A DNA stretch of 24,000 nucleotides from an uncultured Methanosarcinales archaeon (GCA_965231065.1 OZ246410.1:405448-429447); one strand, 5' to 3'. Counted from the first letter of the stretch, positions 1 through 8,838 are shown. The notes: a model not told the origin generated them from the sequence alone. Numbers and translations are program-made.

Positions 1-546
1 CGTGGTATACCTGTTTATGACGTACAACGGGGCGGCAGGGTTACGTATCATGGTCCGGGACAGATTGTCGGCTATGCAATCCGGAAGATTTCTCTACGAG
101 ACTTGGATGCGCACTTGAATGGGTTAGAAGAGATCATGCTCAGGACATTAGGAGACTATACGATTGCTGCTCATAAAAGCTACGAAGTGGATGACAGGCA
201 TAAGCGATTGCCTGGTGCTTGGTACCTAATACATGGCAAAGAGTACAAACTCGGTGCGATCGGTGTTGAAGTGCGCGATGGTATCACGATGCACGGCTTC
301 GCATTGAATGTCAATACGAATCTTGATCACTTCGATTATATCGATATGTGCGGTTTCAAAGACAAGCAGGCAGTATCGATGCAGAAGCTGTTGGGTCATT
401 CAGTCAGTCTGAATGAGGTAAAAAAGAAGATTGTGAAATCATTTGGTGATGTGTTCAAGTATGATACAGTAGACGAAAAGGCATTTCCTTCGCTGATCAC
501 CGCGGTACAGAAATTCTACTCAAAATCACTTCAGCCCGAGCAGTAA
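1..546 (+). CDS. lipB: Lipoyl(octanoyl) transferase LipB, 5'-truncated by window edge (reading frame open from base 1; the track's 103 start is internal)
   Basis: Bases 1-102 continue the frame as RGIPVYDVQRGGRVTYHGPGQIVGYAIRKISLRD (LipB RGG.VTYHGPGQ motif). KLGAIGV carries the catalytic Lys region and HGFALNVNTNL..F..I.MCG carries the catalytic Cys region. Confidence 0.9.
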   Translation, partial: RGIPVYDVQRGGRVTYHGPGQIVGYAIRKISLRDLDAHLNGLEEIMLRTLGDYTIAAHKSYEVDDRHKRLPGAWYLIHGKEYKLGAIGVEVRDGITMHGFALNVNTNLDHFDYIDMCGFKDKQAVSMQKLLGHSVSLNEVKKKIVKSFGDVFKYDTVDEKAFPSLITAVQKFYSKSLQPEQ

Positions 547-1800
547 TTCATCAGGATCTTCGAGATATTCTTTCACCTCATTCATGAACCGTGCTGCTTC
601 TGCACCGTCTGTTATCCTGTGGTCAAACGTCAATGATAATGGCAGCACTTTCCTAATCTGTACTTTTCCATCGACTGCAATCGGTTTTTCATATATCTTT
701 CCTGTCAGCAATATGGCAACCTGCGGATAATTGATGATTGGCGTCGCAAAAGTACCTCCAATGGCGCCGATATTGGTAATCGTGAATGTCCCGCCTTGTA
801 ATTCTCCTAAATCTATCTCTCGTTTCCTTGTCTTTTCAGCAAGGTCCTGGAGCTCTTTCGCGGTCTGCTCGATCGTCTTTGCATCGGCGATCTTCAGTAC
901 CGGAACAATCAGACCATCTTGTGTATCGACAGCGAATCCGATGTTGTAATATTTCTTGATGACGATCTCTTCATTCGCATCATCGATCGTCGCGTTCAGA
1001 TATGGATGGTTCTTCAATGCAGCAATAACTGCCTTGATGATGAATGGCATAAATGTCAGATGAACTCCTTTCTTTTCCAATCTCTTCTTCTCTTTTTCTC
1101 GTATTTCGGTAAGGTGTGTTACGTCGGCTTCATCGAATGAAGTCACCGGCGCTGTCTTCTGCGATGCTTCGAGCATACGGTTCGCAACTGTCCTCCGCAC
1201 TCCTTTCACTGGAATCTTCTCAGTGTATCCGTAGAGATCGTAATCACGTGCGGTAATTTTAACACCGCTTGCGAGTGTGGATGATTTTTCTCCTGATACT
1301 TTTCCTGCAGCGTTCAGCACATCTTCCTTTGTTATGATGCCACCCTTGCTGCTCGGCATAATTTTTCCCAAATCAACTCCTTTTTCCTTCGCTAGTCTCT
1401 TGACTGCAGGCAATGCTTTGACATGAGCGACCAGATGTTCTTGGGCCTTCTTTACATGTTCGGCAGTCATTTTCGGTGGTTCTTCATACTCAGGTAGAGA
1501 ACCGACGACACCAAACTCTTTTTTAGGAACTGATTGCTTTGCAGATGATTCTTTTGCTGCTTTGCCTTCATCAATTGAGACAAGAACGGAACCGACTTTC
1601 ACGGTCTGACCTTCTTTCACATATAGTTTGAGGATCTTTCCTGCTTTCGGACTTGGAATTTCGACAATCGCTTTATCTGTCTCTATCTCGACAAGGACTT
1701 GATCTTGTTTAACACTATCGCCGACTTTAACCCTCCATTTGACGATCTCTCCTTCAGAAATGCCTTCTCCGACATCAGGAAACTTGAATTCAAATGTCAT
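526..1800 (-). CDS. 2-oxoacid dehydrogenase complex E2 (dihydrolipoamide acyltransferase)
   Basis: N-terminal lipoyl domain (EIETDKAIVEIPSP), peripheral subunit-binding segment (LPAVKRLAKEKGVDLGKI), C-terminal catalytic motif DHRITDG. Confidence 0.95.
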   Translation of the reverse strand: MTFEFKFPDVGEGISEGEIVKWRVKVGDSVKQDQVLVEIETDKAIVEIPSPKAGKILKLYVKEGQTVKVGSVLVSIDEGKAAKESSAKQSVPKKEFGVVGSLPEYEEPPKMTAEHVKKAQEHLVAHVKALPAVKRLAKEKGVDLGKIMPSSKGGIITKEDVLNAAGKVSGEKSSTLASGVKITARDYDLYGYTEKIPVKGVRRTVANRMLEASQKTAPVTSFDEADVTHLTEIREKEKKRLEKKGVHLTFMPFIIKAVIAALKNHPYLNATIDDANEEIVIKKYYNIGFAVDTQDGLIVPVLKIADAKTIEQTAKELQDLAEKTRKREIDLGELQGGTFTITNIGAIGGTFATPIINYPQVAILLTGKIYEKPIAVDGKVQIRKVLPLSLTFDHRITDGAEAARFMNEVKEYLEDPDELLLGLK

Positions 1801-2768
1801 TTCATCACCTTTTCGATCGCTGCAATGATTCGTTCTTCGCTCGGCAGATAATTGAGTTCGTTCCGATACAGCGGCACAATCACATCATGACCGGTGACCC
1901 GTTCTACCGGCGCTTCCAGATCAAAGATCGCTTTCTCATTTATCTGTGCGATGACTTCTGCCCCGACACCAAATGAACGTTGTGCTTCATGCACGATCAC
2001 ACATCTTCCTGTTTTCTTTACTGAGTTTATTATTGTTTCGGTATCTAGAGGAGAAAGCGTACGCAGATCGATCAATTCAACATCATATTTATCTCCAAGT
2101 TGCTGCAATGCTTTCTGTGTTATCCACAGCATAGCGCCATACGTGATGATGGTCACATCTTCTCCTTTCTTGACAATGTTTGCTTTACCGATTGGTATCG
2201 TGTATTCTTTTTCAGGAACTTCTTCCTTGATCGCACGATATACCCGCTTCGGTTCCATAAATATCACCGGATCAGGATCCCGAATGGCACTGATCAACAA
2301 ACCTTTTGCCTGATACGGTGTCGAAGGCATCACTACTTTCAAGCCGGGAGTATGACAATAGTATGCTTCCGGTGAATCAGAATGATGCTCTAGTGCTCTG
2401 ATGCCTCCTGATGTTGGAAATCGGATGACCATCGGACACGTAAGATTCCCTCTGGTCCTGTTACGCATACGCGCAGCATGGTTGATGAGTTGGTTCAATG
2501 CCAATAAACTAAACCCTTCGAATTGCATCTCTGCGACTGGCTTGAATCCGTACATCGCTAATCCGATGGACGTTCCTGCGATGGCAGACTCTGCTAACGG
2601 TGTGTCGAATACCCGCTTGTCGCCAAATTGTTTCAGCAAACCTTCAGTGACTCTGAACACACCGCCGTCGACACCGACATCTTCGCCGAGTACTAATACT
2701 GACTTGTCTTTCTGCATTTCCTGCTTCAGCGCAAGATTCAATGCCTCGACCATATTTAACAATGCCAT
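1797..2768 (-). CDS. 2-oxoacid (pyruvate-type) dehydrogenase E1 component, beta subunit
   Basis: VLGEDVGVDGGVFRVTEGL, PLAESAIAGTSIGLAMYGFKPVAEMQF, YYCHTPGLKVVMPSTPYQAKGLL; ATGA overlap with E2 start. Confidence 0.95.
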   Translation of the reverse strand: MALLNMVEALNLALKQEMQKDKSVLVLGEDVGVDGGVFRVTEGLLKQFGDKRVFDTPLAESAIAGTSIGLAMYGFKPVAEMQFEGFSLLALNQLINHAARMRNRTRGNLTCPMVIRFPTSGGIRALEHHSDSPEAYYCHTPGLKVVMPSTPYQAKGLLISAIRDPDPVIFMEPKRVYRAIKEEVPEKEYTIPIGKANIVKKGEDVTIITYGAMLWITQKALQQLGDKYDVELIDLRTLSPLDTETIINSVKKTGRCVIVHEAQRSFGVGAEVIAQINEKAIFDLEAPVERVTGHDVIVPLYRNELNYLPSEERIIAAIEKVMK

Positions 2769-3628
2769 TAGCGTGACCTCAGCCAGTTTGCGATATGTTG
2801 TGCTGTCTTTTTCTCATGACCGACGAAACTATGATTTGCATTCTTGATGATGACACTGCCAAATCTTTTTGATCGTGTCTCATTCTCAAGAGTGTTGATG
2901 TATGATTCTACTGGTTTTGTCCTATTCTGCTCCTTTGTACCGAACAGTACCATCATCGGCGTCTTGATCTTACTGAATTCTCTGAAGTTTCCGTCATAAT
3001 AAAATAATCTGCTTTCTATTCTTTTGAGGTCAGAGATGCTGTTGAAACGCTGTGCATCGTAAGCACCTGGTTCATCGGTAACATATTGTGTCGGATGACT
3101 TCGTAACCATTGTTTTGCTTTCTTTGCTGCTTGTTTCCAATCTCTTCCCAATCTTTTCTTATAGACAAGATAATCATCACACGGCGCAAGCAGTATGATT
3201 GCTTGCACTCTCCTGTCTTTTGTTTTATAGATGTAATACGCTGCTTTCTGACATCCCGTACTATGTCCTGCCAGGATTATGTTCTTGTACCCGAGCGATT
3301 GGACTGCATCAATCGCTGCTTTCACATCGTAGACACTGTCTTCGAATTTCTCATGAGCAGTTCCAATATGATCTGAATACTTTTTACTTTCTTTTTTAAC
3401 TTTCGAGACAACATCATGGCCCCTAGTATTTAAGAGGAAGACATCAAAGCCATTCTTCATCAAGGTCGGAGACATCTTTACACTTAGTCCGCTGTAAAAG
3501 TTTCCTCCCATGCCATGGATCGACACGATGACGCTCTTTTGTTTTTTTGACAGCAGGAGACCGTGCAGAGTATATTTATCATTTGTTTTGAACTCGATCA
3601 GTTCTCCTTTTGTCTTATTTTCTATCAT
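2768..3628 (-). CDS. Alpha/beta hydrolase family protein embedded in the dehydrogenase operon
   Basis: Oxyanion region VSIHGMGG, nucleophile elbow GHSTG, C-terminal NANHSF histidine; TGAATG junction with E1-alpha and TAATG overlap with E1-beta. Confidence 0.85.
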   Translation of the reverse strand: MIENKTKGELIEFKTNDKYTLHGLLLSKKQKSVIVSIHGMGGNFYSGLSVKMSPTLMKNGFDVFLLNTRGHDVVSKVKKESKKYSDHIGTAHEKFEDSVYDVKAAIDAVQSLGYKNIILAGHSTGCQKAAYYIYKTKDRRVQAIILLAPCDDYLVYKKRLGRDWKQAAKKAKQWLRSHPTQYVTDEPGAYDAQRFNSISDLKRIESRLFYYDGNFREFSKIKTPMMVLFGTKEQNRTKPVESYINTLENETRSKRFGSVIIKNANHSFVGHEKKTAQHIANWLRSR

Positions 3629-4705
3629 TCAGTATCTCTTCTCCTTGAATTGTTTGATGTATTCCAGCTGTTCTTTCTGCTGCGGTGTCATCTCTTTGAA
3701 TACGTACTTGAACATATCTTCTATCGCTGGCGGTTTCATCGCATCCACTGCCGCGACTTCTTTGTTTATTTCTACTTCGATGCCTTTCATGAGTTTTTCT
3801 TCATCTTTCATGGTCCACAGTTTATTTTTGAGAAGATATTTCCTGAATCTGTCGATAGGATCTTTTCTGATCCATTCCTTGACTTCTTTTTCAGTACGAT
3901 AGCGGGTTGCATCGTCTGCAGTGGTATGATCGGCAAGCCGATAGGTGTACATCTCGATGAGTGTCGGTCCTTCATTGTTCCGCGCTTTCTCGGCAGCGTA
4001 GTTCACCGCAAAATAGAGCGCAAAGACATCATTGCCGTCTACTTTCAGTCCTTCGATGCCGGCATCGATGGCTTTCTGCGCCAATGTTTTCGCCGCTGTC
4101 TGTTTCGTGACCGGCACTGAGATGGCATATTGGTTGTTCTGACAGACAAAGATCGCAGGAACATTCATGACGCCAGCGAAATTCAATGCTTCATGGAAAT
4201 CTCCTTCCGAAGTGGCTCCATCGCCGAAGAAGCAAAGTGTGACTGCTTTCTTATTCTTTAATTTCATGCCCCATGCGATGCCGGTTGCATGCGGTATCTG
4301 TGAACCGACAGGAATTGACATTGGTAGATTTGTCGGAGCGTTCTCGGAATAGTTGCCGCGTTCATCTCCTCCCCATACCAAAACGGGGTTTCGTAATGGC
4401 ATACCGCGATATAATTGTGCTGCAAGTTCTCTGAATGAAGGGATCATCCAGTCATCTTTTGTCAGCGGAGCGACAGCGCCGACTTGCGCTTCCTGGCCTT
4501 TGACTTGTGCAAAGGTCCCGATTCTTCCCTGTCGCTGTAATGCGAGCAGTTTTTCATCGAATCGTCTCGCGGTCACCATGGTCTTGTACATCTTAAGCAT
4601 GATGTCTCTTGGAATCTTTGGCATTAGTTTCTTATCTGCATTACCGTCTTCATCAAGAATCTTCAGATAGTCGACTTTGAACTGGGCTATTGTCTCTCTA
4701 GGCAT
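3629..4705 (-). CDS. 2-oxoacid (pyruvate-type) dehydrogenase E1 component, alpha subunit
   Basis: ThDP-binding motif GDGATSEGDFHEALNFAGVMNVPAIFVCQNNQYAIS; phosphorylation-loop-like TYRLADHTTADDATRYR. Confidence 0.95.
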   Translation of the reverse strand: MPRETIAQFKVDYLKILDEDGNADKKLMPKIPRDIMLKMYKTMVTARRFDEKLLALQRQGRIGTFAQVKGQEAQVGAVAPLTKDDWMIPSFRELAAQLYRGMPLRNPVLVWGGDERGNYSENAPTNLPMSIPVGSQIPHATGIAWGMKLKNKKAVTLCFFGDGATSEGDFHEALNFAGVMNVPAIFVCQNNQYAISVPVTKQTAAKTLAQKAIDAGIEGLKVDGNDVFALYFAVNYAAEKARNNEGPTLIEMYTYRLADHTTADDATRYRTEKEVKEWIRKDPIDRFRKYLLKNKLWTMKDEEKLMKGIEVEINKEVAAVDAMKPPAIEDMFKYVFKEMTPQQKEQLEYIKQFKEKRY

Positions 4706-4835
4706 GTAACCTCTTGAAATATTCTATCTGCTGCAGCCGTTTCACTGCTGCTTTCCTGCTTCGGTATCCTTTGCTTAATTTTTTGACACCAGTATGATTG
4801 AATACATAATATAAACCTTTGATTTTTTTGATCAT
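4698..4835 (-). CDS. Unannotated 45-aa highly basic small protein between lipA and E1-alpha: MIKKIKGLYYVFNHTGVKKLSKGYRSRKAAVKRLQQIEYFKRLHA
   Basis: Translated codon by codon. ATG (4835-4833) overlaps the lipA TGA (4834-4832) as ATGA. TAG (4700-4698) lies inside the first codons of E1-alpha (ATG 4705-4703). Below the 60-aa cutoff of the ORF track. Confidence 0.6.
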   Translation of the reverse strand: MIKKIKGLYYVFNHTGVKKLSKGYRSRKAAVKRLQQIEYFKRLHA

Positions 4836-5779
4836 TGTTTCCTCAGGATGTTCTTGATGAATAATTCTCCTGCTTTATATGAAGACCTTACGAATGGCCC
4901 TGAAAAGACACCTTTGAATCCGATTTTCTCTCCTTCCTTTTTGTATTCTTCAAATACTTCAGGCCTTACCCATTCCTCGATCTTCAGGTGTCTTTGTGAT
5001 GGTCTTAAGTATTGTCCGATGGTGAATATCTCGACGTCTATCCTTCTGAGATCCTTCATGGTCTGCAAGACTTCTTCTTTTGTCTCCCCCAGACCGACCA
5101 TGATGGCTGATTTCGTGATTATTTTTTGATTTAATTTTTTGACTGTTTCGAGGATCGATAACGACTGCTTGTAATTTGCTCGAATATCACGAACTTTTCT
5201 TTGCAATCGTTCAACAGTCTCGACATTGTGAGAGATGACGTCTGGTTTTGCATCAACAACATTTTTCAGCAATGAGACATCTCCTCTGAAGTCAGGTATC
5301 AAGACTTCAACAATCATCTCGGGAAATTCTTTTTTTACTGCACGGATGCATTCAGCGAAATGATTGCTGCCTTGATCTTCTAGATCATCCCGGTCGACTG
5401 AAGTGATGACGATATAGTCAAATACATGTGCTCCATCGATAGAACTCATCTCTTTCAATGCAGAGACTAATTTCTTGGGCTCATCTTTATCCAATATCTG
5501 TCCCTGTGCTGCGGTCTTCACATTGCAGAATCTGCAGCCGCGTGTACAGGTATCTCCAAGTACCATGAATGTTGCAGTACCTGAAGACCAACATTCAGAA
5601 AGGTTCGGGCACTTGCCTTCGACACAGATAGTGGTCAGTCCGTATTTTTTGATCGTCGCCTTGACGTCTTCATATTTTTCAGTCGGTGGTTTGATTTTGA
5701 ACCATTCTGGTTTATGAGAATGTGAAGAAGCGCTCTGCTGAGCACTATCCCTAAATACTACGTTCACCGCGTCTACCAT
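4832..5779 (-). CDS. lipA: Lipoyl synthase LipA (radical SAM)
   Basis: CVEGKCPNLSECW auxiliary cluster motif followed by FMVLGDTCTRGCRFCNV radical SAM CX3CX2C; SDLEDQGSNHFAECI; C-terminal GPFVRSSYKA. Confidence 0.97.
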   Translation of the reverse strand: MVDAVNVVFRDSAQQSASSHSHKPEWFKIKPPTEKYEDVKATIKKYGLTTICVEGKCPNLSECWSSGTATFMVLGDTCTRGCRFCNVKTAAQGQILDKDEPKKLVSALKEMSSIDGAHVFDYIVITSVDRDDLEDQGSNHFAECIRAVKKEFPEMIVEVLIPDFRGDVSLLKNVVDAKPDVISHNVETVERLQRKVRDIRANYKQSLSILETVKKLNQKIITKSAIMVGLGETKEEVLQTMKDLRRIDVEIFTIGQYLRPSQRHLKIEEWVRPEVFEEYKKEGEKIGFKGVFSGPFVRSSYKAGELFIKNILRKQ

Positions 5780-5864
5780 CTCTATTAGAATTATGCATTA
5801 GGGCTTTTAAAAGGTTTCTCTCCTTGGTGCCATTATTGGGATTAACCCGATAAAATAGGAACAA

Positions 5865-5872
5865 TTTATAAA
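5865..5872 (+). promoter_or_regulatory. TATA box-like TTTATAAA upstream of the beta-lactamase-like gene
   Basis: TTTATAAA about 38 nt before TTG 5907; a GGGGTG (5896-5901) purine-rich SD-like element lies 5 nt before the start. Confidence 0.45.
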
Positions 5873-5906
5873 TGATTATTGATATCTGGATGAACGGGGT
5901 GTATAG

Positions 5907-6863
5907 TTGCACATCAGCAAAACTAAGGTATTGATAGTTCTCTCTGTTCTTTTGATAGCTTCAGTGGTAGTCAATGTCGCTGGGTATAACTATTATCAGA
6001 ATAAGTACAAGCCAAAATTCTCATTACTTTCTCCGGATATCGCCTGGATGGAAACAGATGACTTTTTGGCTATTCAGAACCAATACTCTGTGTCATATCA
6101 GGGCATGAAGCAGGAGATGCTTGAGTTGCTGAACAGTTCTAAGGTGCACGGAAATTATGGAGTCTACTTTGAGGATCTGAACACCGGATCGTGGATCGGT
6201 ATCAACGAACGCGATGAATTCATCCCGGCCAGCTTACTGAAAGTTCCTATCATGGTCGCTGTTTTGAAGAAAGTCGAGAAAGGAGATATCGCATTGGATC
6301 AACGAGTTACAATTGTTGCTGAAGATATCAATCTGAATTCAGGTACACTCGGTACGCAGGGAGCAGGATATGTATTGACCGTCAAGGATTTGCTTACCTA
6401 CCTCATCAAAGAATCAGATAACACTGCCTTATTTACACTCTACCGGAACTTTTTGACTGACAATGATGTGTTGGAGGCAAGACTTGCTATGGGTATTTCC
6501 CTCTATGGTGATAAAGCAGTTCTTGGTCCAAAACATTATAGCAACATATTGCGATCACTCTATTATTCTGCGTATCTGCGCAGAACATTCTCTGAATTAG
6601 CATTATCCATCATGTCTGAGACTGATTATGATACCCAGATGAAGGCAGGACTGCCTCCGAATGTCCATATCTCTCATAAGATCGGATTCTTCAAAACGCC
6701 AGAGGGTGTTGAAGGATATCATGATTGCGGCATCATCTATCATCCAAGAAAGCCATATATGTTGTGCATCATGAGCAAGAATACAGATCAGGCTACTGCC
6801 AAATTTGTAATTTCTAATCTTTCAAAATTAGTATACGATTATGTCGATAAGATAAGTAAGTAG
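5907..6863 (+). CDS. Membrane-anchored/secreted class A beta-lactamase-like serine hydrolase (PBP/beta-lactamase superfamily)
   Basis: N-terminal hydrophobic segment VLIVLSVLLIASVVVNVAG; PASLLKVPIMVAVL (SxxK); IKESDNTAL (SDN); HKIGFF...GYHDCGIIYHP at the KTG position. TTG start with an in-frame TAG directly upstream. Confidence 0.8.
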   Translation: MHISKTKVLIVLSVLLIASVVVNVAGYNYYQNKYKPKFSLLSPDIAWMETDDFLAIQNQYSVSYQGMKQEMLELLNSSKVHGNYGVYFEDLNTGSWIGINERDEFIPASLLKVPIMVAVLKKVEKGDIALDQRVTIVAEDINLNSGTLGTQGAGYVLTVKDLLTYLIKESDNTALFTLYRNFLTDNDVLEARLAMGISLYGDKAVLGPKHYSNILRSLYYSAYLRRTFSELALSIMSETDYDTQMKAGLPPNVHISHKIGFFKTPEGVEGYHDCGIIYHPRKPYMLCIMSKNTDQATAKFVISNLSKLVYDYVDKISK

Positions 6864-6870
6864 AAGTTTC

Positions 6871-7146
6871 TTATTTTCCCTGTGCCCATGCCTTGAATCG
6901 ATCATACGTCGTTGCACCGCAAATGAACTTACCCGACTTCATGTTGATAAAGAACGGTACGCCGCCACATTTACCTGCTGCGACCTTCATGAATTCCATC
7001 TGGTTCGCAGCATTGTGCCAGGTCTCTTTTTTGATGATCTTGACTTTTAGTTCTTTCTCGACTTTTTCTATCAGCGGAGCCATCTGGATGCAGAAATGGC
7101 ACTCCGTGCCGTAATATTCGACGAGATCGCTTGTTTTTGCCGCCAT
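6871..7146 (-). CDS. Thioredoxin/glutaredoxin-fold small protein (CxxC)
   Basis: VEYYGTECHFCIQMAPLIEKVEKELKVKI with CHFC, and GGVPFFINMKSGKFICGATTYDRFKAW (cis-Pro segment VPFF). Confidence 0.75.
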   Translation of the reverse strand: MAAKTSDLVEYYGTECHFCIQMAPLIEKVEKELKVKIIKKETWHNAANQMEFMKVAAGKCGGVPFFINMKSGKFICGATTYDRFKAWAQGK

Positions 7147-7178
7147 GTGTCGTTATTAAGCAATAATGCATGCACTCT

Positions 7179-7493
7179 TTAAAATTCTTTCTGATGAACA
7201 ACTTTATCCGAAATATCCGGAGTTCGTAATTTTTCGAGCGCTTTTTTGAAACTTTCCACGGATTCCGGGTGACCTGGCCAATCATTGAAATAATTCGGAC
7301 TCGAAGTAGGTCCAAACACCAAACCTGAAAGATCTCGTCTTGGTAATGGTCCAAATGGTCTCGGATCAGGATTTGGTCCAGGCCCAAACACTATGAGGGG
7401 AACATCAGGACCAGGTCCGAACACCCGTTCATACCAGATGCCGTCTTTTTTGTAATGTGATCCGATGTCATCTTGATAATCTTGAATTGCCAT
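7179..7493 (-). CDS. Hypothetical Gly/Pro-rich 104-aa protein with degenerate FGP(G/L)P repeats
   Basis: VFGPGPDVPLI / VFGPGPNPDPRP / FGPLPRRDLSGL / VFGPTSSPNYF; TATA-like TATAAATA on the minus strand (7524-7517), about 27 nt from the ATG. Confidence 0.6.
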   Translation of the reverse strand: MAIQDYQDDIGSHYKKDGIWYERVFGPGPDVPLIVFGPGPNPDPRPFGPLPRRDLSGLVFGPTSSPNYFNDWPGHPESVESFKKALEKLRTPDISDKVVHQKEF

Positions 7494-7516
7494 ATCTGCT
7501 GTTATTGTCTTAAGTG

Positions 7517-7524
7517 TATTTATA
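7517..7524 (-). promoter_or_regulatory. TATA box for leaderless gene 7493-7179
   Basis: TATAAATA centred about 27 nt upstream of the ATG. Confidence 0.6.
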
Positions 7525-7572
7525 CTTTTTCAAAGTAAGCTTTAAAAACACTGTTCTCTGTATCTGTCCTTT

Positions 7573-8838
7573 ATGGCTCTCGATACGTTCTTCAATCCGC
7601 GATCAATGGCAGTCATCGGCGTCTCTTCGAATCCACAGAAGATCGGCAGGGTGGTATTTGATACATTGCTGAATACAGGTAAGAGAGTATATCCTGTCAA
7701 TCCGAATGCGCAACTTGTCTCGGGCGTCAAATGTTATCCTTCATTGACTGATGTGATAAGAGAGAAAGGAAGGGTTGATGTCATTGTTGTCGCTGTGCCG
7801 GCAGATGTTACCGTGCAGGTGATGGAAGAAGCAGGAAGACAGGGTATAACGCATGCAGTCATCGTCAGCGCAGGTTTCAAGGAAGTCGGTAACCTCGTTG
7901 CAGATAAAAAACTAGTCGATATCTGCGCGAAATATAAGATACAGGTTATCGGTCCGAACTGTCTCGGTATCTTGGATTCATATTCTGGGTTTGATGCAGT
8001 ATTCTTGCCGCCTGATCGGCTGAAACGGCCGAAAAAAGGGGGCATCAGTTTCATCACGCAGTCAGGAGCGACCGGTTCTGTCGTCCTTGATAAGATCGGT
8101 GCTATCGGCGTCTCAAAGTTCATCAGCTATGGGAATGCATTGAATCTCAATGAGACTGATTATTTAGAATATCTGGGCAGGGACAGGACTACCAAGATCA
8201 TCTGTATCTATCTGGAGACCGTCAAGGACGGAAGACGTTTCATGAACGTTGTATCGAAGATTAAGAAACCAATTGTCGTATTGAAAGGCGGAAAGACAAG
8301 AGAGGGCGGTAGTGCAACACTATCACACACTGGTTCTCTGGCAGGAGATGCTGAGATTTACTCAGGCGTGTTCAAACAGCTTGGCATGATCGAGGTCGGT
8401 GGCATCGAACAGATGATCGATGTGCTCTCTGTTTTATCTTCAAAAATCAAAGGAAAAACGATCGGTGTTGTCACCAATGGAGGTGGCTATGGTATTCTCT
8501 CTGTCGATGATCTTATCGCAGCCGGTCTTGACTTCAAAGGTCCCTTTATCGATCTCTTTGGCGATGCGACCAGTGAAGGATACCGAAAGGCGATCAAGGC
8601 GATGAAGACTGATATTATTTTGTGTAATATTTTGTTTCAGACCCCTTTGATCGACGAATCCATCATTGATGTTCTTGTTCAGGCAAGTAAAAAAAAGAAC
8701 ATTGTCACTGTCTGCACCGGTTCTGAATATACGCAGCATATGAAACAGATTTTAAGTAGTCATGGGGTCTGTGTCATAGATACTCCTGAAGAAGCAGTCG
8801 ATGCGATGCGGTTGGTCTTGAAGAATGAACGTTATTGA
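7573..8838 (+). CDS. Acyl-/acetyl-CoA synthetase (ADP-forming) alpha-subunit-like protein
   Basis: CoA-binding N-terminus FFNPRSMAVIGVSSNPQKIG, VIGPNCLGILD, FITQSGATGSVVLD, phospho-His region GGSATLSHTGSLAGDAEIYSGVFKQLG. TTTAAAAA TATA-like box at 7541-7548. Confidence 0.9.
   Translation: MALDTFFNPRSMAVIGVSSNPQKIGRVVFDTLLNTGKRVYPVNPNAQLVSGVKCYPSLTDVIREKGRVDVIVVAVPADVTVQVMEEAGRQGITHAVIVSAGFKEVGNLVADKKLVDICAKYKIQVIGPNCLGILDSYSGFDAVFLPPDRLKRPKKGGISFITQSGATGSVVLDKIGAIGVSKFISYGNALNLNETDYLEYLGRDRTTKIICIYLETVKDGRRFMNVVSKIKKPIVVLKGGKTREGGSATLSHTGSLAGDAEIYSGVFKQLGMIEVGGIEQMIDVLSVLSSKIKGKTIGVVTNGGGYGILSVDDLIAAGLDFKGPFIDLFGDATSEGYRKAIKAMKTDIILCNILFQTPLIDESIIDVLVQASKKKNIVTVCTGSEYTQHMKQILSSHGVCVIDTPEEAVDAMRLVLKNERY

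Noticed and set aside
731-1140. Plus-strand ORFs antisense to E2, and similar ones antisense to E1, LipA, ligase and methyltransferase genes
   Set aside because: They sit antisense to clearly conserved genes, lack family signatures and are typical shadow ORFs.
4809-4815. TATA-like ATATAAA element (reads TTTATAT on the minus strand) considered as a separate E1-alpha promoter
   Set aside because: It lies about 107 nt from the E1-alpha start and inside the 45-aa ORF, whose overlaps on both sides favour read-through from lipA. An internal promoter is not excluded.
6971-7387. 138-aa minus-strand ORF overlapping the thioredoxin-like and G/P-rich genes
   Set aside because: It overlaps two better-supported genes in another frame, has unusual composition and matches no family.
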